A stretch of DNA of 64,000 bases. Origin: an uncultured Chloroflexia bacterium (GTDB lineage: Bacteria; Chloroflexota; Limnocylindria; Limnocylindrales; CSP1-4). A program made the translations under genes and the position numbers. The DNA lies in NCBI GenBank assembly GCA_963770795.1, contig CAVYQR010000002.1, positions 56,943-120,942 on the forward strand, read 5' to 3'. Below the pieces are notes generated by a model. That model worked only from the letters and a program-made list of their open reading frames with translations. It was not told the DNA's origin and searched no databases. Positions within the stretch are counted from its first letter, which is position 1. The number at the start of each line of letters is the position of its first letter. This document shows, in pieces, positions 50,822 to 60,131 of the stretch.

Positions 50822-50895
50822 CGCGCCTCGCGCCCGCGCCTCGCGCCCGCGCCTCGCGCCCGCGCCTCGCGCCCGCGCTGCGCGCCTCGCGCCCG
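50822..50895. repeat. 13-bp tandem repeat cgcctcgcgcccg (x4 perfect plus one after a 5-bp break)
   Basis: Intergenic, immediately downstream of the FNR-like gene. Confidence 0.85.
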
Positions 50896-51070
50896 GGAAA
50901 TCCCCAAATGGCGTCCTGGTTGGCAGTCGCAAGCGATGCGTCGTCAGATGTCGCCGCCAGTACGCAAATGACGGAGAGCGGGGACCATCTCACGCTCGCG
51001 ACCCTCCCAGGGTCCCGCCGGCGGCTTGGCGAATGCTCTGCTGGTTGGCAATTGGGGATTTCCCGATCGG
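50891..51070. repeat. inverted repeat pair GGGAAATCCCCAA / TTGGGGATTTCCC with a flanking CTGGTTGGCA direct repeat
   Basis: Arms at about 50893-50909 and about 51050-51066, roughly 140 bp apart, in the intergenic region. Confidence 0.5.
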
Positions 51071-51201
51071 CGCAACCACCGAGGCCGCTACTGCGCGCAC
51101 CACGCCGTAGCCCCGCCCCTCCAGGCTTGAACCCGTGCGCGCCTGGTCGGAGCGTGCGCGCCTGGTCGGAGCGGGCCCCGCGTCACCCCCCGAACGTGGG
51201 A

Positions 51202-51975
51202 TCAGATCCGGCCGAGCAGCTCCGTCTTCTTGGCCTCGTACTCCTCGGGCGTGATCGCGCCAGAGTCGCGGAGTTGGGCAAGGGACGCCAGGGTCCTCGT
51301 GATGTCGTCGGCCGTCTGCCCGGGCGCCGCGGCCGGAGCTGCCGAAGCGGGCACGGACGCCTGGGCCGGGGCGGCCGGAGGCGCCGGCACGGGTGCCGCG
51401 GCGCGGATCGGCGGCGTCGTGCCCGTCCGCGGCGTGTTGATCATGACCAAGCGCTCGGTCTTCGCGTCCATCAGCGCCGTCTTGAACCCGATCGGGTCGC
51501 GCAGCGCCCGCAGGTCCTCGATGCCTGCCTCCGAGGCCGTCATGAACACCAGGTCGCCGAAGCCGAGCATCCGGCCCAGCCAGGGGATCGTGATCTGGGC
51601 ATCCGTGATGTTCTCGAGCGAGCTGTCCGAGGATTGCTTGTTGATGACGCCCTTGACGTGCATCACGCGAACATCCGTCAGGACGTACTCCTGCGTCTGC
51701 CACTGGACGACCGACCACACGAACCCGACGATCGCGATGAGGATCGCGGCGAAGGTCACCAGGTCGACGATCGTGTTCAGCACGCCGATGACGCTATCGA
51801 TGACCGAAGTGCCGTCCGATCGCAGCACGAAGTAGCTGATCACGAAGCCGGCGATGCCGACGATCAGGGCGATCGCCACCCACTTGCCGGCGATGAGGAA
51901 CGGGAAGACCCAGTGCTGGCGCTCCCGGCGCATGATCCTCTCGCCACCTGCCAGCAGCCGATCCGCGTACGCCAT
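51202..51975 (-). CDS. membrane protein with a bacterial PH (YdbT-like) domain and a C-terminal SHOCT domain
   Basis: Two TM helices then a bPH-like region; C-terminus DDITRTLASLAQLRDSGAITPEEYEAKKTELLGRI matches SHOCT. Confidence 0.7.
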   Translation of the reverse strand: MAYADRLLAGGERIMRRERQHWVFPFLIAGKWVAIALIVGIAGFVISYFVLRSDGTSVIDSVIGVLNTIVDLVTFAAILIAIVGFVWSVVQWQTQEYVLTDVRVMHVKGVINKQSSDSSLENITDAQITIPWLGRMLGFGDLVFMTASEAGIEDLRALRDPIGFKTALMDAKTERLVMINTPRTGTTPPIRAAAPVPAPPAAPAQASVPASAAPAAAPGQTADDITRTLASLAQLRDSGAITPEEYEAKKTELLGRI

Positions 51976-52284
51976 GTCCGTTGACCTCCCTCAGTCGCGG
52001 CTCGCACCTGCATGCCGGATTTGCTGCATCCCTGTTGGCCTCCACCCGGTGCTGGTGGCGCACGTGAGATGCTCGCACGGCAGGCCACCGCTTGCACGTT
52101 CCCGGCGCGTCCGGCGGGAAACGGCTCCGACCGGCCCGCAGGGGTACCCTTGCAGCAGCGTTCGGCGCCGGTCGGCCCGCACCCGTCATGACCTTCGGAC
52201 CCTGTGGCGGGGCCATGGGCAGGTAACGCGGGCGCAACCATGTAGGCGACGATCCGGCGGTCACGACATACCAGCGAGGTTCCA

Positions 52285-53142
52285 TTGCATCCTGTCGTCG
52301 AGCGAGAACAGCTCTCCCCGAACGTCGTCCGCCTCGTCGTCGAGGCTCCCCGGATCGCGAAGGTCCGACGTCCCGGCCAGTTCGTCATCGTGCGCACGGG
52401 GCCTGGCGGCGAGCGAATCCCGCTGACGATCGCCGACAACGATGTCGAGGCAGGAACCATCACGCTGATGATCCAGGCCGTCGGCGTCAGCACCACCGAG
52501 CTCACCAACCTGCAGGTCGGTGACGCCATCCAGGATGTCGCCGGCCCACTGGGCCAGGAGACGGATCTGATCAAGAGCGGGCACGCGATCTGCGTGGGCG
52601 GAGGCGTGGGCACCGCCGTGATCCTGCCGATCGCCCGCGAGCTCGCGCGGCGGGGCGTCCACGTGACCAGCGTCATCGGCGGCCGCTCGAAGGAGTGGGT
52701 CATCCTGGAGCCGGAGCTCCGGGCCGCGGGCGATGTGGTCGTCTGCACCGACGACGGCAGCTACGGGCGCCACGGCTTCGTCACCCAGGCCCTCAAGGAC
52801 CTGCTGGACGCGGGCGGCGTGGATGCTGTCTACGCCGTCGGCCCCGTGCCGATGATGCGCGCCGTGTCCGAGATGACGCAGCCCTACGACGTGGAGACCA
52901 CCGTGTCGCTCAACGCGATCATGGTGGACGGCACCGGGATGTGCGGCGGGTGCCGCGTGACCATCGCCGGTGAGACCAAGTACGCCTGCGTTGACGGCCC
53001 CGAGTTCGATGCCCACAAGGTGAACTTCCAGGAGCTGGCGGACCGCCTGACCACGTATCGCTCCTTCGAGCAGGCCGCCCTCCAGCGCCAGGCGGACGAC
53101 GCGGCGAAGGGGGCCTGCGCGACCACAGAGGTGAAGGCATGA
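52285..53142 (+). CDS. NfnA/SudB-like electron-transfer subunit (PyrK-type FAD/NAD-binding, 2Fe-2S)
   Basis: 285 aa with a C-terminal Cys cluster (MCGGCRVTIAGETKYACVDGPEF); TTG start with a GCGAGG RBS. Confidence 0.75.
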   Translation: MHPVVEREQLSPNVVRLVVEAPRIAKVRRPGQFVIVRTGPGGERIPLTIADNDVEAGTITLMIQAVGVSTTELTNLQVGDAIQDVAGPLGQETDLIKSGHAICVGGGVGTAVILPIARELARRGVHVTSVIGGRSKEWVILEPELRAAGDVVVCTDDGSYGRHGFVTQALKDLLDAGGVDAVYAVGPVPMMRAVSEMTQPYDVETTVSLNAIMVDGTGMCGGCRVTIAGETKYACVDGPEFDAHKVNFQELADRLTTYRSFEQAALQRQADDAAKGACATTEVKA

Positions 53143-54653
53143 CCGAGCCCGCGTCCCCGGGACCGGCGGAAGGGTCTGTCGACGCTCCCGCCAAGCCCGC
53201 GCTCAGCAACAAGGAGCGAATGAGCATCGGCCGGGTGTCCATGCCCGAGCAGGAAGGCGAGGTCCGCGCCCAGAACTTCGGCGAGGTCAACCTGGGCCTT
53301 ACCTACGAGTTGGCGATGCTGGAGGCCGAGCGCTGCATCCAGTGCCCGAAGCCGTTCTGCGTGGACGGCTGCCCGGTCCGCGTGGACATCCCGCGCTTCA
53401 TCAAGTTCCTCCGCGATGGCGACCTCCCGTCCGCGGCGGAGAGCCTCCTCGGCGACAACGCCCTCCCCTGCGTGACCGGGCGTGTCTGCCCGCAGGAGAT
53501 CCAGTGCGAGGGCGTCTGCATCCGGACCAAGAAGGGCGACTCGGTCGCCATCGGCTACCTCGAGCGGTTCGTCGCCGACTGGGCCCAGCAGAACCCCGAC
53601 GCCCTGCCGAAGTTGCACCCGACCCAGACCGGCAAGCGGGTGGGCATCGTCGGGTCCGGCCCGGCCGGCCTCACCGCCGCCGGCGAGCTGGCCCACAAGG
53701 GCCACGACGTCACGGTCTTCGAAGCGTTCCACGCGCCGGGCGGCGTCCTCATCTACGGCATCCCGGAGTTCCGGCTGCCGAAGGACATCGTCCAGGCCGA
53801 GGTGGACCGGCTGGTGTCCGAGGGCGTGAAGCTGGAGCTCGACGCGATCATCGGCCGCACCTACACGGTTCCCGAGCTTCGTGAGGAGTTCGACGCGCTC
53901 TTCCTGGCCGTGGGCGCGGGCCTCCCGGTGTTCATGAACGTCCCGGGCGAGAACTACAAGGGCGTCTACTCGGCCAACGAATACCTGACCCGCGTAAACC
54001 TGATGGGCGCCTGGAACCCGGACTCCAAGACCCCGATCCTCCATGGCCAGAGGGTCGTGGTGGTCGGCGGCGGCAACGTGGCGATGGACGCGGTCAGGAC
54101 CGCCAAGCGCCTGGGCGCCGCCGAGGCGACCATCGTCTATCGCCGCTCCGCGGACGAGCTCCCGGCCCGCAAGGAGGAGGTCCACCACGCGATCGACGAG
54201 GGCGTGGTGTTCAACTTCCTCACCGCCCCGACCGAGGTCCTCGCGGACGAGAACCGCTGGGTCACGGGAATCAAGTGCATCAAGATGGAGTTGGGCGAGC
54301 CGGACAAGAGCGGACGCCGACGCCCCATCAAGATCGAGGGCTCCGAGTTCACGATCGACTGCGACCTCGTGGTCGTGGCCATCGGGACCAAGGCCAACCC
54401 GCTGCTCACGGGCAGCGCGCCGGAGCTCACCGTGAACGAGTACGGCTACCTGATGGCGGACGAGTACGGCATGACGAGCATGCCGGGCGTCTTCGCCGGC
54501 GGCGACATCGTGCGCGGGGCCGCAACCGTGATCCTCGCCATGGGCGATGGCAAGCGGTCGGCGTTCGCGATCGACTCCTGGCTGAACGGCGTCTGGCCAC
54601 CGGTCGGGGCCGACAAGGAGACGAAGGCGGAGGAGCCCGCCGCCGCCGGCTGA
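53139..54653 (+). CDS. NfnB/GltD-like NADPH-dependent oxidoreductase (glutamate-synthase-small-subunit family)
   Basis: N-terminal 2x[4Fe-4S] Cys motifs (CIQCPKPFCVDGCP, CPQEIQCEGVC) and two dinucleotide folds (VGIVGSGPAGL, VVVVGGGNVAMD); 4-nt overlap with the upstream gene. Confidence 0.8.
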   Translation: MTEPASPGPAEGSVDAPAKPALSNKERMSIGRVSMPEQEGEVRAQNFGEVNLGLTYELAMLEAERCIQCPKPFCVDGCPVRVDIPRFIKFLRDGDLPSAAESLLGDNALPCVTGRVCPQEIQCEGVCIRTKKGDSVAIGYLERFVADWAQQNPDALPKLHPTQTGKRVGIVGSGPAGLTAAGELAHKGHDVTVFEAFHAPGGVLIYGIPEFRLPKDIVQAEVDRLVSEGVKLELDAIIGRTYTVPELREEFDALFLAVGAGLPVFMNVPGENYKGVYSANEYLTRVNLMGAWNPDSKTPILHGQRVVVVGGGNVAMDAVRTAKRLGAAEATIVYRRSADELPARKEEVHHAIDEGVVFNFLTAPTEVLADENRWVTGIKCIKMELGEPDKSGRRRPIKIEGSEFTIDCDLVVVAIGTKANPLLTGSAPELTVNEYGYLMADEYGMTSMPGVFAGGDIVRGAATVILAMGDGKRSAFAIDSWLNGVWPPVGADKETKAEEPAAAG

Positions 54654-54991
54654 ACTCGATTCAGCAGAATGTGCCAATAGGCACTGCATGCAACCTCGGG
54701 GCACCCGGACCATCGGTGCCACCGGGTGCGCCCCCATGGCGTGCTCACACGGTCGGTCGTCGGCAGCCGCGTGTCAAAGGAGGCGGACCGGACGGAGTCA
54801 CTCGCACTGCCGACCAGGGCAGGCATGCTGGCCGAGCGGAGCGTGACGTCAGGCGGCGCCTCGCAGCTGTAGCCGGCCGGTGGGATTCGAGCATCGGTGA
54901 GCCGGTGCAGGCGGTCCCGCTGAACGCGGGGCACCGGGTGGCACACCGGAGCCACGCAGCAACGACGAGAGAAGAAAGGACGCAAGCCGGC

Positions 54992-56719
54992 ATGGACAAG
55001 ATCCTGCGCATCGACATGGGCGCCGAGGGCGGCCCCACGACGACCGTCGAGCCGGTCGATCAGTACGCCGGCCTGGGCGGCCGCGCCATGACCTCGATCG
55101 TGGTCAGCAAGGAAGTCGACCCTCTCTGCCATCCCCTGAGCGCTGCCAACAAGCTCGTGTTCGCTCCGGGCCTGCTCACCGGAACCGCCGCCTCGACGAG
55201 CGGCCGGATCTCGGTCGGCTGCAAGAGCCCACTCACGGGCGGCATCAAGGAGGCAAACGCCGGCGGCCAGGCAGGCCAGGCACTGGCTCGGCTCGGCTAT
55301 GCCGCGGTCATCGTCGAGGGCGCTCCCGCCGGCGACGACCTGTGGACGATCAAGATCGACCAGGGCGGCGTCTCGTTCAAGGTCGACAACAGCCTCAAGA
55401 TGACCGGGACGTACGCCACGGTCGAGAAGCTCGTGAGCGAATACGGATCCAAGGTCACCTTCATGGTCATCGGCCAGGCCGGTGAGATGAAGCTCGCCGG
55501 CGCCTCGATCGCGGCCTGCGACCGCGAGCTGCGCCCCACCCGGCACATGGGCCGCGGCGGCGTCGGTGCCGTGATGGGCTCCAAGAAGATCAAGGCGTTC
55601 ATCCTCGACGAGAGTGGCACGTCGCTGCGCCAGCCGCTGCACCCGGAGCGCTTCAAGGCCGCCGCGAAGATCTTCAACGATGGCCTCCGCAGCCACGGCG
55701 TCTCGGGGCAGGGTCTGCCCCTCTTCGGCACCAACGTCCTGACCAACATCCTCAACGAGGTCGGCGGCTACCCCACCCGCAACTTCAGCTCGGGCCAGTT
55801 CGAGGGCGCGACGAAGATCAGCGGCGAGACCCAGGCCGCGACGATGACCGAGCGTGGCGGCGAGGCCACCCACGCCTGCCACCGCGGCTGCATCATCCAG
55901 TGTTCGGGCATCTACAACGACGCCACTGGCAAGTACGTCAGCAAGCAGGCCGAATACGAGACCGTCTGGTCGCACGGCGGCCACTGCGGCATCGACGACC
56001 TCGACGTCATCCAGAAGCTCGACCGCATGGACGACGACTTCGGCCTCGACACCATCGAGACCGGCGTCGCGATCGGCGTCGCGATGGAGGGCGGCCTGCT
56101 GCCCTTCGGCGATGGCGAGGGCGCCATCCGCGTGCTCGCGGAAGTCGGCGAGGGCACCCCGCTCGGTCGGATCATCGGAAGCGGTGCCGCGGCCACGGGC
56201 CGGGCATTCGGCGTATCGCGCGTCCCGGTGGTGAAGAACCAGGCCCTGCCGGCGTACGACCCGCGTTCCGTCCAGGGCATCGGCGTCACGTATGCGACGA
56301 CCCCGATGGGCGCCGACCACACGGCCGGCTACGCGGTCACGGCGAACGTGCTCAAGGTCGGCGGGTTCATCGACCCGCTCCAGACCGAGGGCCAGGTCGA
56401 CCTGTCGCGCGCCCTCCAGATCAACACCGCCGTCATCGATTCGAGCGGGATGTGCCTGTTCGTGGCATTCCCGGTCATCGACCAGCCGGAGACGTTCACC
56501 GCCTTCGTGGAGCTCGTCAACAGCTTCTATGGCATCGAGGCGGACGTCACGGCGTTCGGCCAGCAGATCCTGTCGGCCGAGCGTGACTTCAACGCCCGCG
56601 CCGGGTTCACGGCGATCGACGATCGCCTGCCGCGCTTCTTCGAGACGGAGCCACTCGCCCCCCACAACGTCACCTTCAATGTGACGCACGAGGAGCTGGA
56701 CTCGGTCTTCAACTGGTAG
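54992..56719 (+). CDS. tungsten-type aldehyde:ferredoxin oxidoreductase (AOR family)
   Basis: N-terminus MDKILRIDMGAEGG... and the AOR_N / AFOR_C pattern including a Cys ligand region (CHRGCIIQC); 575 aa. Confidence 0.85.
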   Translation: MDKILRIDMGAEGGPTTTVEPVDQYAGLGGRAMTSIVVSKEVDPLCHPLSAANKLVFAPGLLTGTAASTSGRISVGCKSPLTGGIKEANAGGQAGQALARLGYAAVIVEGAPAGDDLWTIKIDQGGVSFKVDNSLKMTGTYATVEKLVSEYGSKVTFMVIGQAGEMKLAGASIAACDRELRPTRHMGRGGVGAVMGSKKIKAFILDESGTSLRQPLHPERFKAAAKIFNDGLRSHGVSGQGLPLFGTNVLTNILNEVGGYPTRNFSSGQFEGATKISGETQAATMTERGGEATHACHRGCIIQCSGIYNDATGKYVSKQAEYETVWSHGGHCGIDDLDVIQKLDRMDDDFGLDTIETGVAIGVAMEGGLLPFGDGEGAIRVLAEVGEGTPLGRIIGSGAAATGRAFGVSRVPVVKNQALPAYDPRSVQGIGVTYATTPMGADHTAGYAVTANVLKVGGFIDPLQTEGQVDLSRALQINTAVIDSSGMCLFVAFPVIDQPETFTAFVELVNSFYGIEADVTAFGQQILSAERDFNARAGFTAIDDRLPRFFETEPLAPHNVTFNVTHEELDSVFNW

Positions 56720-56742
56720 TCGCTGTCACCGCCAGAAGGGGG

Positions 56743-56779
56743 CGAGCCGCACCGGTCGACGGCGCGCCTCGCCCCCGCG
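56743..56779 (+). terminator. candidate GC-rich hairpin terminator after the AOR gene (GGGGGCGAG ... CTCGCCCCC)
   Basis: 9-bp stem, about 20-nt loop, no T-tract (common in high-GC genomes). Confidence 0.35.
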
Positions 56780-56811
56780 GCACGCCTGGCGTGGCCCCAA
56801 TTGGAGTGCCG

Positions 56812-58134
56812 ATGAGCGTCCCCCTGCCCGTGCTCGATCCGGCGCCGGGCCACCGGCGCAGTCACCCGTCCAAGCTGTTCGTCGAGGTCACGACGCGCTG
56901 CAATCTCCGATGTGCGATGTGCGTGAAGTACGCGCCGGGGCAGGGCCTGGTCGACGGTGACATGACCGAGGAGACGTTCGAGCGCCTCTCGCCCGCCTTT
57001 CCGCACCTTGAGTCGCTGGTGCTCAACGGCATCGGCGAGCCGCTCCTCCACCGGGGCCTCGAGGGGTTCATCGCGCGCGCCAAGGCGAGCATGCCGGCCG
57101 ATGCCTGGGTCGGCTTCCAGACCAACGGGCAGCTGATCGGCCCCCGCCGCGCGCAGGCGCTCGTGACGGCCGGCGTGGACCGGATCGCGATCTCCGCGGA
57201 CGCAGTGAGCCCCGAGAGGCTCCGCTCGATCCACGGCGGGGCCCGGCTGGCACCCATCGAGGCCGCCGCCGGACGCCTCCACGAAAGCGCCACGGCCCTC
57301 GGGCGGCGACTGACCCTGGGCCTCGAGTTCGTCGCGATGCGCGACAACCTCGACCAGCTGCCGCTCCTCGTCCGCTGGGCGGCCCGTCATCGGTTCGAGT
57401 TCATCATCGTCAGCCACCTCCTCGCCTACGACGCGTCGATGGCGGAGCACGCCGCGTTCAGCCCTGCGTCCGACCGGGCGCTGGCCGTGTACCGGACCTG
57501 GCGCGCCCGGGCAGACGCCGACGGGATAGACCTCCGTCGCTACCTCGAGTCGCGGCACCGGTTCGCGCCGCCGGAGGAGGATGGGCGCGCGATCCGGCTG
57601 GTGCAGGGGATGATCGCGGACGCCAGGGCCCGCGGCATCTCGCTCCGGATCGCGGACCTTCTGCACTTCGACGAGGCGCGCCTCGAGGCCACCGAGGCCG
57701 CCTTCGCCGAGGCCGCGTCGGTGGCCGCCGAGCTGGGCGTCGAGCTCCGGCTGCCCTCGACGGTGCCCACCCAGGTCCGCCGCTGCGAGTTCGTGGAGGA
57801 GGGGTCCGCCTTCGTGTCCTGGGACGGCGACCTCCACCCGTGCTACTTCCTGTGGCACCGGTTCGACTGCTACCTCGGCGGGGTCGCGAAGACCGTCCGT
57901 CCGAGGTCGTTCGGGAATGTCGACGACGCCGGGATCCTCGAGACCTGGAACGGGCAGCCGTGGCGGACGTTCCGGGGCGACGTCGTGCGGTATGACTTCC
58001 CGTTCTGCTACGACTGCAATCTCGCGATGTGCGACTACGTTCGGGACGGCGACTTCGAGCAGGACTGCCACCTGGTCGAGGTTCCGTGTGCCGCGTGCCT
58101 GTGGTGCACGGGACCGTTCCAGTGCCTGCGCTGA
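56812..58134 (+). CDS. radical SAM protein with a C-terminal SPASM/twitch domain
   Basis: CNLRCAMC radical-SAM cluster motif and a C-terminal Cys-rich region (CYFLWHRFDC...CYDCNLAMC...CAACLWC); start at ATG 56812 with a GGAG RBS. Confidence 0.8.
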   Translation: MSVPLPVLDPAPGHRRSHPSKLFVEVTTRCNLRCAMCVKYAPGQGLVDGDMTEETFERLSPAFPHLESLVLNGIGEPLLHRGLEGFIARAKASMPADAWVGFQTNGQLIGPRRAQALVTAGVDRIAISADAVSPERLRSIHGGARLAPIEAAAGRLHESATALGRRLTLGLEFVAMRDNLDQLPLLVRWAARHRFEFIIVSHLLAYDASMAEHAAFSPASDRALAVYRTWRARADADGIDLRRYLESRHRFAPPEEDGRAIRLVQGMIADARARGISLRIADLLHFDEARLEATEAAFAEAASVAAELGVELRLPSTVPTQVRRCEFVEEGSAFVSWDGDLHPCYFLWHRFDCYLGGVAKTVRPRSFGNVDDAGILETWNGQPWRTFRGDVVRYDFPFCYDCNLAMCDYVRDGDFEQDCHLVEVPCAACLWCTGPFQCLR

Positions 58135-58147
58135 GCGACGGCGCCGG

Positions 58148-58945
58148 TCATCCCGTGACCCCGGCATCGAGATACTCGAACCGGCGCTCGATGCAGCACG
58201 GGCAGTCCGGGCGCCGGGCCACGCTCTCGGTCTGGAGGTGGTCGTTCGCCCACACGTCGAACGCGGTGAGGCCGCGGTTGAGGTGCTCGCGGTCGCCGAC
58301 GAGGAGCTTCACGGCCTCTGTCCACTGCATCGCGGCGACGGTCACGACGCTCGACGCGAGCACGCCCGCGGTGTCGCAGGTCTCCATCGTGCCCGCCGGC
58401 TGGGGCGTTGGAAACAGGCACCGGAAGCACGCAGTTTCGCCGGGCAGAATCGTCATCGACATCCCGGTTGAGCCGACCGCGCCGCCGTAGATCCAGGGAA
58501 TGCCCGCCTTCACGCAGGCGTCGTTGAGGAGATAGCGCGTCTCGAGGTTGTCCGTGCCGTCGATCACGACGTCGGCACGGGCGACCAACGCCTCCACGTT
58601 GGCGGGGCTGACGTCGGCCATGACCGCCTCGACCTCGACTGCGGCGTTGATCCGGCCGACAGCCTGGGCCGCGGCCACCGCCTTCGGTGTCGCGGCGGCG
58701 GCGTCGGCCTCGTCGTACAGCAACTGGCGGTGCAGGTTGCTGAGCTCGACGCGATCGCGATCGACGACCACCATGTGGCCCACGCCGGAACGGGCCAGCA
58801 GGCTGATCGCCGATGAACCCAGGCCGCCGCACCCGACCACGAGGACGCGGCCCGTCGCGAGTCGCGCCTGTCCCTCGGCGCCGATGCCCCAGAACCGGGC
58901 CTGGCGCGAGTAGCGGTCCCCGGCCGCGCGAATGCTGGCTGCCAC
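58148..58945 (-). CDS. ThiF/MoeB-family E1-like adenylyltransferase
   Basis: RYSRQ...VLVVGCGGLGS nucleotide fold and a C-terminal CxxC...CxxC. Confidence 0.85.
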   Translation of the reverse strand: MAASIRAAGDRYSRQARFWGIGAEGQARLATGRVLVVGCGGLGSSAISLLARSGVGHMVVVDRDRVELSNLHRQLLYDEADAAAATPKAVAAAQAVGRINAAVEVEAVMADVSPANVEALVARADVVIDGTDNLETRYLLNDACVKAGIPWIYGGAVGSTGMSMTILPGETACFRCLFPTPQPAGTMETCDTAGVLASSVVTVAAMQWTEAVKLLVGDREHLNRGLTAFDVWANDHLQTESVARRPDCPCCIERRFEYLDAGVTG

Positions 58946-58948
58946 GGA

Positions 58949-59179
58949 TCACCCGCCGCCGATCACCGGGAAGATAGCGAGGACGCTGCCCTCCGCGGGT
59001 CGGTCGTCAAACTCGACGTTGCGGCCGTTGACCATCATCACCCCGACCTCGTAGCGCGGGATCGCCAGCTCGTCGACGATCTCGCCGACCGTCGGCGATT
59101 CCGGGTAGGCGCGCGTCTCGATGGCAAACCGGGCGCGCTGAAAGCTGGCGAACAGCTTGATCGTCAGTTGCACCGACAT
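58949..59179 (-). CDS. MoaD/ThiS-family sulfur-carrier protein (ends in GG)
   Basis: 76 aa from ATG 59179 (MSVQLTIKLF...), C-terminal VIGGG; immediately upstream of the ThiF/MoeB gene. Confidence 0.7.
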   Translation of the reverse strand: MSVQLTIKLFASFQRARFAIETRAYPESPTVGEIVDELAIPRYEVGVMMVNGRNVEFDDRPAEGSVLAIFPVIGGG

Positions 59180-59207
59180 CTGCGCGTGACCTCCGACCCG
59201 GGCGCCG

Positions 59208-59744
59208 TCAGGCGGCGACGCGAAGCAGGATCTCACGATCCCCGGCGATTTGCTCCAGACCTGGATCGGGGCCCAGGATCCTGACCGCCTCGTCATGGGC
59301 CAGCACGATCCCGCGGCGCAGGACCGATGGGCCCACGCCAGGGATGATGAGGTTGAACAGCTTCACCCGGATGGTGGGGGCCGCCCCGTCGTCGGGGCCG
59401 CCCCAGTGGCCCTCGCGCCAGCTGACCTCGGCGCGCATTGCCGCGTAGTAGCTGGACCGGCGGAGCGTGGCCCCGACGAGCCCCGGCATCGCCGCCGAGA
59501 GGGTGAGGGTGGACCCGGGATGGAGCATCGCTCGGTCGAGGTCATCGACAACCATCGCGTCCACGAACACGGTCGCGATCATGCGGCGGACGTAGTCGGG
59601 CTCGATCGCCAGGTCGACCGCGAGGAAGTCGGCCACCGAGCGCGGGCCGTTGATCGGGACGACGACGCCGCGCTGGAACAACGTGCTGAGATCGCTCCAG
59701 GGCAAGCGGTCGGCAGGAATGGTGAGGGTGACGGGATCGGTCAT
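59208..59744 (-). CDS. hypothetical protein (178 aa) co-oriented with the MoaD/MoeB pair
   Basis: Start taken at ATG 59744 (MTDPVTL). The ORF track extension would translate the upstream 15-bp repeats as a GCGPI pentapeptide repeat. Confidence 0.45.
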   Translation of the reverse strand: MTDPVTLTIPADRLPWSDLSTLFQRGVVVPINGPRSVADFLAVDLAIEPDYVRRMIATVFVDAMVVDDLDRAMLHPGSTLTLSAAMPGLVGATLRRSSYYAAMRAEVSWREGHWGGPDDGAAPTIRVKLFNLIIPGVGPSVLRRGIVLAHDEAVRILGPDPGLEQIAGDREILLRVAA

Positions 59745-59808
59745 CGCCCGTGCATCATTCGGGAGCCGCCCGCTCCGGGTCACGGGCCGGATGGACCGTC
59801 GAGGCAAG

Positions 59809-59878
59809 GATCCGATCGGGCCGCATCCGATCGGGCCGCATCTGACCGGGCCGCATCCGACCGGGCCGAGTCTGACCG
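59809..59878. repeat. 15-bp tandem repeat cYgaYcgggccgcat x4-5 upstream of the 59744 gene
   Basis: gatccgatcgggccgcat ccgatcgggccgcat ctgaccgggccgcat ccgaccgggccgag. Confidence 0.8.
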
Positions 59879-60131
59879 CGGACATGGACGGACGCGGCCG
59901 CCTCATTGGTTCCGCACGGCGACCGCGTCCCTGCCCCGGATATTCGAACCCTGGAACATGGCCCACCATGACCCGCTGGTCCCCTCCCGGTGCGGATCCA
60001 CACCGGACCGCCGTGCGGTGCACCCGGGCACCGTCAACCGGCGGCGAGCACCTCGAACAGGCGCCAGCCCACGATCACGCCCAGGACGGCGGAACCGAGC
60101 ATGATCACGTTGACGAGGAGCCGGAAACTCG

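Noticed and set aside
54651-54667. Short GCTGAActcgaTTCAGC hairpin at the nfnB-like stop as a terminator
   Set aside because: Only a 6-bp stem with no T-tract. The AOR gene follows on the same strand, so read-through is more likely; too weak to call.
54446-56689. 747-aa minus-strand ORF opposite the AOR gene
   Set aside because: Antisense shadow of the aldehyde:ferredoxin oxidoreductase gene.
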